From: an uncultured Helicobacter sp. | GTDB lineage: Bacteria; Campylobacterota; Campylobacteria; Campylobacterales; Helicobacteraceae | Assembly: GCA_965120395.1 (NCBI GenBank) | Contig: CBCPND010000018.1 | Coordinates: forward strand, 444 to 64,443 | Direction: 5' to 3' | DNA: 64,000 nucleotides | Shown: one piece after another, positions 58,557-64,000 of the stretch | Numbering within the stretch: the first letter of the stretch is position 1 | How the letters are laid out: every line of letters begins with the position of its first letter | The notes under the pieces: model-generated | Told to the model about the DNA's origin: nothing | The model's database searches: none | The model's input: the letters and a program-made list of their open reading frames with translations, nothing else | Translations under genes and position numbers: made by a program

Positions 58557-59288
58557 TTATGCTAGATTCTGGATATACTCCACTGCCCTATAGGCATTAT
58601 CAAAGCTTAGAGGCGCTATCTCATCGAGATTCTCACCAAATCCATTTCTCACCCAGATTCCATTCACACCAGCATTTTTAGCCGCTTGCAGATCATAAAT
58701 CGTATCGCCTATCATATAGACTTTTTCTTTAGGTGTGATGGGAAAAAAATCAAGTGCCCTTAAAATCGGCTCTGCGTGTGGTTTGGGCGCACTTACATCT
58801 TCTCTTCCAATAATCACTTGAAAATATTTTAACATTCTAAGATTCTTTAAAATCTGCTTCGAATATAAAAGTGCCCTTGAGGTAATAATGCCAAGATGCG
58901 CAAAACTATGCGCCAAAACCACAGCCTCTTTTGCTTGTGGCAGTAATTTTGTCTTATCTACACAGATTCTACGATAGTGATTCTTGTAGCGCTCCACACG
59001 CCTTTGCAGCTCATCATCATCAAAACCAACGCGCCTAAACATATCCTCTAAAGGCAATCCTATCAATCCACGCACTTCTTGAATACTCGGAAAATACTCG
59101 TCTTCACAAGCCCTGCTAAAACTCTCATAAATCCCATCCACAGAATCTAAAAGCGTGCCATCTAAATCAAAAAGAATGATTTTCTTCTCGTGCGCTCCAC
59201 TCTTATCGCTCCTTGCAGAATCCTTATTTGTAGATTTTGCATTTGTAGATTTTGAAGGTATTATTTTATCCTTAAGCCAGCGCATCAT
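58557..59288 (-). CDS. HAD-superfamily hydrolase (phosphoglycolate phosphatase-like) with unusual N-terminal extension
   Basis: DLDGTLLDS (motif I), ..ITS.. (motif II), ..GD...D (motif IV). The start is uncertain (M20/M21 of the ORF-track call) and overlaps the MATE gene 3' end. Confidence 0.75.
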   Translation of the reverse strand: MMRWLKDKIIPSKSTNAKSTNKDSARSDKSGAHEKKIILFDLDGTLLDSVDGIYESFSRACEDEYFPSIQEVRGLIGLPLEDMFRRVGFDDDELQRRVERYKNHYRRICVDKTKLLPQAKEAVVLAHSFAHLGIITSRALLYSKQILKNLRMLKYFQVIIGREDVSAPKPHAEPILRALDFFPITPKEKVYMIGDTIYDLQAAKNAGVNGIWVRNGFGENLDEIAPLSFDNAYRAVEYIQNLA

Positions 59289-60675
59289 TTCTTCTCCTTT
59301 TCCATAAGATTCTACCACTTTGGACACTTCCTGAGAATATTCCAAACTTCACTTCATAAGCCATCACACAAAGTGCGATAACAAGCGCACAAATCTGTGA
59401 TAAAGGATAAGCAATCCACGCACCATTTATGCCGTATTTATAACTCATAAATGGCAAAATCACAGCCAAAAATAAAATTGTATAGCAAATCGTTATGATA
59501 AATGAGCTTGCTGTGCGCTGCACGGATTGTAAGAATATCGCACAAACCATATTCACACCCAAAATAATATAGCCAAGATAATACACACTTATCGCTGCAA
59601 TCGTCTCATCCAAAAGTGCAGTAGTTTTGATATCATTCTTTAAAAACATCCCCACCAAATACGAATCAAAACAATAAAATACTCCATACATAAAAACCCC
59701 CATAAGCACAACCATAAATAGTGAAAATCTAAAAATCTGCCTTAAGCGCGTAAAATTTCCCGCACCATAATTAAAGCTAGCCAATGGTTGCATAGCCTGC
59801 GTCACTGAAAGCAAAATCGTGAAAAATACAATCCCACAATACATCATAATGCTATAAATTTGCAAGCCTTTTTCCCCAGCGATGCTTAATAAAATCGCAT
59901 TAAAAAGCAGCATCACAATTGATGCTGAAACTTCAGATACGCTCTCTGGGATTCCGGTTTTCGCAGAAGAGATAATCGCGGGAAGCGAAAAGCGCCACAC
60001 AAAATAAAGTTTGCCACTTTTACCGATAAAATGCACAAACAAAATTACAAACCCAATAAAATGCGCCAACAAAGAAGCTAGCGCGCTTCCTTGGATTCCC
60101 ATATCAAGCTTGAATAAAAAGATATAATTTAAAATAATATTGCTCCCAGAACCGACAATCATCGAGAAAGTCGCAAGAATCGGACGCTTATCATTCACGA
60201 CAAAAATATCACTCAATGGATGCAAGATAAAAAAAGGCGCACCAAGAAAGATTATTTTAAAATAAGTTAGGGCTAAGGATTTTATCTCTTGGATGTTTTT
60301 ATTTGCTTCATTTTTAATGAGTAAATCCACAATCTCGCTTGCAAACAAAAATCCCACAACACCGATAATCACAGAACTTATAGTCACAAAATAAAAAATT
60401 GAGCTAAATACCAATCGCGCACGATGCGTGGCATTTTTACCTAAAAAATACGACACAATAGCCGCCCCGCCAAATCCAAAAAGTAGCTCAAAAGCAATAA
60501 AGGCGGGAAATATGGGCCAGCAAATCCCAATAGCCGCCAATCCATTCTCTCCTATTTTTTTACCGACAAAAATCCCATCAATAGTGGAATATGTAGAAAG
60601 CGCAAGCATAGCGCAAAGTGCGGGAATGAAGTAATAAAAAAATAATTTAATAACAGAATCTTTCTTAAGATCCAT
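59272..60675 (-). CDS. MATE-family efflux transporter
   Basis: 467 aa, 12 TM segments. N-terminal ..P......L......DG.FVG..G...LAA.. pattern. Confidence 0.8.
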   Translation of the reverse strand: MDLKKDSVIKLFFYYFIPALCAMLALSTYSTIDGIFVGKKIGENGLAAIGICWPIFPAFIAFELLFGFGGAAIVSYFLGKNATHRARLVFSSIFYFVTISSVIIGVVGFLFASEIVDLLIKNEANKNIQEIKSLALTYFKIIFLGAPFFILHPLSDIFVVNDKRPILATFSMIVGSGSNIILNYIFLFKLDMGIQGSALASLLAHFIGFVILFVHFIGKSGKLYFVWRFSLPAIISSAKTGIPESVSEVSASIVMLLFNAILLSIAGEKGLQIYSIMMYCGIVFFTILLSVTQAMQPLASFNYGAGNFTRLRQIFRFSLFMVVLMGVFMYGVFYCFDSYLVGMFLKNDIKTTALLDETIAAISVYYLGYIILGVNMVCAIFLQSVQRTASSFIITICYTILFLAVILPFMSYKYGINGAWIAYPLSQICALVIALCVMAYEVKFGIFSGSVQSGRILWKRRRNDALA

Positions 60676-60723
60676 TTTTCTCTCACTAGATTCTGGCGCA
60701 AAATAGCCAGAATCTTATCTTTG

Positions 60724-61113
60724 TTATCTTTTAGAGAATTGCGGGCTTCTTCGTGCCTTTCTTTTTCCGTATTTTTTGCGCTCAACAACACGAGAATCCC
60801 TAGTCAATAGTCCTTTTGGCTTTAAAATCGCGCGAAATGCGATATCATAAATATTCAATGCCTTTGAAATTCCGTGCCTTAAGGCTTCAGCTTGAGCCGA
60901 ATAGCCACCACCAAATGTAACCGCTTTAATATCAACAGATTTTTCTTGCTTTGTCAAAACCAAAGGCTGCATTACCTTTTTCTTAATTGCCTCGTGTCCG
61001 CCAAGCCATTCATCAAGGCTCATATCATTGATAATAAGCTTGCCTTTTCCGCTATTTAGCCAAACTTTTGCTATTGCTGTTTTTCGCTTTCCTGTTGCAT
61101 AAACTTTTGCCAT
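60724..61113 (-). CDS. rpsI: 30S ribosomal protein S9
   Basis: ..ATGKRK.AIA.V.., C-terminal ..RKKYG..KARR.PQFSKR. Confidence 0.97.
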   Translation of the reverse strand: MAKVYATGKRKTAIAKVWLNSGKGKLIINDMSLDEWLGGHEAIKKKVMQPLVLTKQEKSVDIKAVTFGGGYSAQAEALRHGISKALNIYDIAFRAILKPKGLLTRDSRVVERKKYGKRKARRSPQFSKR

Positions 61114-61122
61114 TTGATACCT

Positions 61123-61542
61123 TTATTTTTTGATTTGAGCGGTGTGAGGATGCTCACTGCCTGCATAAACTTTAAGCTTTTTAATCATAACTCGACCTAA
61201 TTTTGTTTTTGGCAACATTCCTCGCACAGATAGGTAATAGAGCTTTTGAGGACATTTTTCCAACATTTCTTGAAGGGTTTTGGATTTTGTGCTACCAAAA
61301 TAACCAGAATGTGTAAAATATCTTTTGTCTTGTAACTTCATCCCAGAGAATTTCGCTTGCCCTGCATTAATAACAACAACAAAATCTCCACAATCTGCAT
61401 TTGGTGTAAAGCAAGGCTTATGCTTTCCACGCAAAAGCGTGGCAATCTCAGTGATTAGCCGACCAAATGTTTTATCTTTCGCGTCAATGAGATGCCATTG
61501 GCGAGTAACCTCGCTTGCTTTGATTGATTTTGTAATATCCAT
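61123..61542 (-). CDS. rplM: 50S ribosomal protein L13
   Basis: ..W.LIDA....GRL...IA..LRGKHKP.FTP..D.GD.V.VINA.. Confidence 0.97.
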   Translation of the reverse strand: MDITKSIKASEVTRQWHLIDAKDKTFGRLITEIATLLRGKHKPCFTPNADCGDFVVVINAGQAKFSGMKLQDKRYFTHSGYFGSTKSKTLQEMLEKCPQKLYYLSVRGMLPKTKLGRVMIKKLKVYAGSEHPHTAQIKK

Positions 61543-61686
61543 AAATATCCCTTAAGTAAATTTCATTCTGCACAGATGCACACGACATCTGCACGTTCCG
61601 TTCAATGACCACTAAAAGTCAAAATTTTACCTTATGGACTCTTATACTTATCTTAAAACTTATATCTTAATTAAATTAAAAGTATT

Positions 61687-61971
61687 TTAAGCAACCAGAA
61701 TCTCGCTTAAGATACTTTGTAATCCCTCTTTGTCTATCTCATCGCTTGCCACAGCCACTACAACATCTTCTAGCCTTTCGTAAAAATCCTCTCTTAAAAG
61801 CTCAAGGTAATTTAATTCTATAAAAGCATCTGCAAGGTAAATAACACTGCGTTTATTGCCATCTAAGAATAGATGAAATTTCACACAAGCAAAGATTAAG
61901 TGAGTAAGCTTATCTAAAAAGCTAGGATAAAGCTCATCATAAGGTTGGTGATAATTAGAATCTATGCGAAC
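61687..61971 (-). pseudogene. N-terminally truncated Doc/Fic-family toxin remnant
   Basis: The stop-to-stop frame encodes ..VKFHLFLDGNKRSV.., matching the Doc motif HxFxDGNKR. There is no ATG, only GTG at 61884. About 40-50 N-terminal residues are missing and no antitoxin ORF lies upstream. Confidence 0.6.
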
Positions 61972-62049
61972 TTATCACAAGCTAGAACCTAGGCATTAAA
62001 GTAAGTTTTGGCAACCATTGCTTAATTAAATCTTAGATCGCTTTAGATT

Positions 62050-64000
62050 CTACTCTAGCAAGAATTCATATTCATAGATTTTAGGCTTTATCTTTTGAGC
62101 TAGATTCTCTAGTTCATAACGCAAGTTTGCCATTAAGTCATTAAAGTGAGAATCTAGACTTCTTGCGTTCATTTTGCTCTTATCATTTTGGCTTTTAAAT
62201 CCTTGAAAATAGCCTTTGATGTCATAAAGAGAGGCATTTGGATTGTAGGTTTTATAAAATTCATCGTTATGCTGGGCGTGGATTTCTAGGATTTCTCCAA
62301 AGTTTTGATGATAGTATCTCCACACTTCGCGCCCCGCATCAAACACAGCCTTAGATTCTTTACTAAATTCTAGTGGCTTAGTTGGGATAAAGCTTTGCTC
62401 TTTTATCAAGCTAGTGCTTATGGAATCTGCCTTAATCTTGCCATTGATAAATTGATACATAAAATGAGATTCAAAAGCTTCTCTAGCCATCACTTCTTTT
62501 TCGCTAAATGAGATAAAGTGATTTGTACCATATTGTGATTGTATATTATTGTTAAAAAGAGTGAAAGCTAAACTGTCATTTTGGAATTCCACATCATCCT
62601 GCCATTTATCATTTGGATGCAAAAATTGGTCTCTGTCATTCAACCAAGTTTTTGGTATGCTTTTTCTTACTGCAAAATATACACAAGCATATACAAGATT
62701 CTGTGGATTTATTAAAAATTGTCCAGCAGCTACATTATATAGCATATTAATATGATTAATTTGTATCATATTGTTATTTTGAAAGTCATTTCCCTTAAAA
62801 GGAAATTTTCCTAAAAGGTTTTTATCATCTTTTTTTGCTCTATATGGTTTTATCCACTCATTAATGTAGTGCTTATTTTCTAAAACATAAATATTTTTTC
62901 TTCCTATAAATTCCGCACTGTCTTTGGTTTTTTCATACGCATTTGCTGTAAATGTTTTAAATTCTTCTTTTACTTTTGTATCCCAAATGAAAAAACCAAT
63001 AGGAAATTCTCCAGAGACATTATCAAATGTATTTGAAGGAACTATAAATAATTCTAAAAGTTTTGCTTTAAAAAATTTTCTAAAATCTATAAAATGCTGT
63101 CCTTGCACAATTTTCAACTTTGAAAATTGTGCAAGGGTGCAATCTGGAATCTCTTTATAAATTCTTGTAAAAAATTGTATAAATAATTCTCTGTTACCTT
63201 GTCCTAAATCCTGTGCATATATTGTATTAATTATTGATTGTTCAACTGCCACCTTGCCTGCTTTGCCCAAACCTGTTGGAGCTTCTGCATATGGTGGATT
63301 TATGTAAATGATTAGCTTTTGACGCTCTTTAGGATCTTTTAAAATTTTGATTAAAGTTTGTGGAATCTTTGTATTTTTCTCATCAAAATTACAGCAATTA
63401 AAGCATCCATCTTGCCTTTCTTTATGAATCACGCAAGGCAATGGATCGTTAAGAAAGTCAAACTGAAAAATATGACTTTTAAGCAAGGTTTTATCGCCAT
63501 ATAAATCAAGCATAATATCAACATCGCTTTTATCAAGCGTAGAAGCAAAGATTCTGTATTTTTCACTAAGCCCTACTAAAAGATTCCCAGTCCCTGCCGC
63601 ACAATCCCAAATGTAATATTCCTCTTGATAATCCTCGCCTAAAGCGTTTTGTAAATATTCTTGAGATTTTCTAACCCAAACTTGTGGCGTGAAAAACGCT
63701 CCCTTACGCTCTCTAATATCCACAGGCACAAGCAAATCCCTACGCTCTAAAATATAATCCCAAAACTCCTCTTTAGGCGGTCGTTCATAGATATTCCAAA
63801 ATTGATTATGGGCTTTTTGGTTGTCGGTGAAATTTACATCGATATATGTAGCAAAAAGTTGGCTACCTTTCTTGATGTATTCATCTTTAACTTTGTAAAA
63901 AGTCTTTTTCAATAGGATTCTTAGGTTTTGCTTTATTTCTTGTGTCGTGTTATCAATGCTTAAAATATCTGCAAGGTAAAAATCAGAATCTAATATTCTA
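62050..64000 (-). CDS. N6-adenine DNA methyltransferase domain protein (gamma-class; 5' end beyond window edge)
   Basis: GAFFTPQ (motif X), WDCAAGTGNLL (motif I) and NPPY (motif IV), followed by ~400 aa of unknown, TRD-like sequence. The frame upstream of the TTG at 63912 has no stop through position 64000. Confidence 0.8.
   Translation of the reverse strand, partial: RILDSDFYLADILSIDNTTQEIKQNLRILLKKTFYKVKDEYIKKGSQLFATYIDVNFTDNQKAHNQFWNIYERPPKEEFWDYILERRDLLVPVDIRERKGAFFTPQVWVRKSQEYLQNALGEDYQEEYYIWDCAAGTGNLLVGLSEKYRIFASTLDKSDVDIMLDLYGDKTLLKSHIFQFDFLNDPLPCVIHKERQDGCFNCCNFDEKNTKIPQTLIKILKDPKERQKLIIYINPPYAEAPTGLGKAGKVAVEQSIINTIYAQDLGQGNRELFIQFFTRIYKEIPDCTLAQFSKLKIVQGQHFIDFRKFFKAKLLELFIVPSNTFDNVSGEFPIGFFIWDTKVKEEFKTFTANAYEKTKDSAEFIGRKNIYVLENKHYINEWIKPYRAKKDDKNLLGKFPFKGNDFQNNNMIQINHINMLYNVAAGQFLINPQNLVYACVYFAVRKSIPKTWLNDRDQFLHPNDKWQDDVEFQNDSLAFTLFNNNIQSQYGTNHFISFSEKEVMAREAFESHFMYQFINGKIKADSISTSLIKEQSFIPTKPLEFSKESKAVFDAGREVWRYYHQNFGEILEIHAQHNDEFYKTYNPNASLYDIKGYFQGFKSQNDKSKMNARSLDSHFNDLMANLRYELENLAQKIKPKIYEYEFLLE

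Noticed and set aside
61543-61686. Structured leader or tRNA upstream of rplM (short inverted repeat CAGATG-N7-CATCTG near 61573-61591)
   Set aside because: It has only a 6-bp stem, and I could not find a tRNA cloverleaf or a conserved L13-leader motif. The evidence is insufficient.

Overview
AT-rich, gene-dense bacterial chromosome segment with epsilonproteobacterial (Helicobacter-type) content and synteny. Examples are aguA-hypF-hypE, slyD-lolA-ssrA, atp operon-tolQR-tolB-pal, parAB-birA-fmt and porGDAB. Layout: (i) 1-9620 is the right-hand part of a prophage or phage-derived island, with scaffold-like, capsid-like and portal-like genes and many unknowns; its left end is off-window. (ii) 9620-10515 is a 0.9 kb non-coding, repeat-rich junction. 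(iii) 10.5-61.5 kb is core chromosome: yejB-like permease, apbC/mrp, lctP, ubiE-argH-hemJ, gdhA, sppA, a MarR-RND efflux operon, a MacAB-type efflux operon, aguA, hypF/hypE, tmRNA, lolA, slyD, the Tol-Pal cluster, F1Fo ATP synthase, parAB, birA, fmt, pyruvate:ferredoxin oxidoreductase, a MATE transporter and rpsI/rplM. (iv) 61.6-64.0 kb holds a decayed Doc/Fic toxin fragment and a large N6-adenine DNA methyltransferase ORF that is still open at the window edge. No rRNA, tRNA or CRISPR array was seen; one tmRNA was found. The most unusual signals are listed next. First, the quasi-palindromic heptamer AGATTCT/AGAATCT (GANTC core) is roughly 10-fold over-represented across the chromosomal part but is sparse in the phage island. 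Second, clusters of this motif build lineage-specific acidic/serine-rich in-frame inserts in conserved proteins. Third, a TTTTAACCCTTT box marks the intergenic regions around the phage gene blocks. Fourth, the phage/chromosome junction carries iteron-like CCACATT repeats. Fifth, paralogous TM + coiled-coil proteins and several sub-threshold hydrophobic micro-ORFs lie antisense to, or between, the phage gene blocks. All functional calls come from recognising protein motifs by eye; no database search was run.
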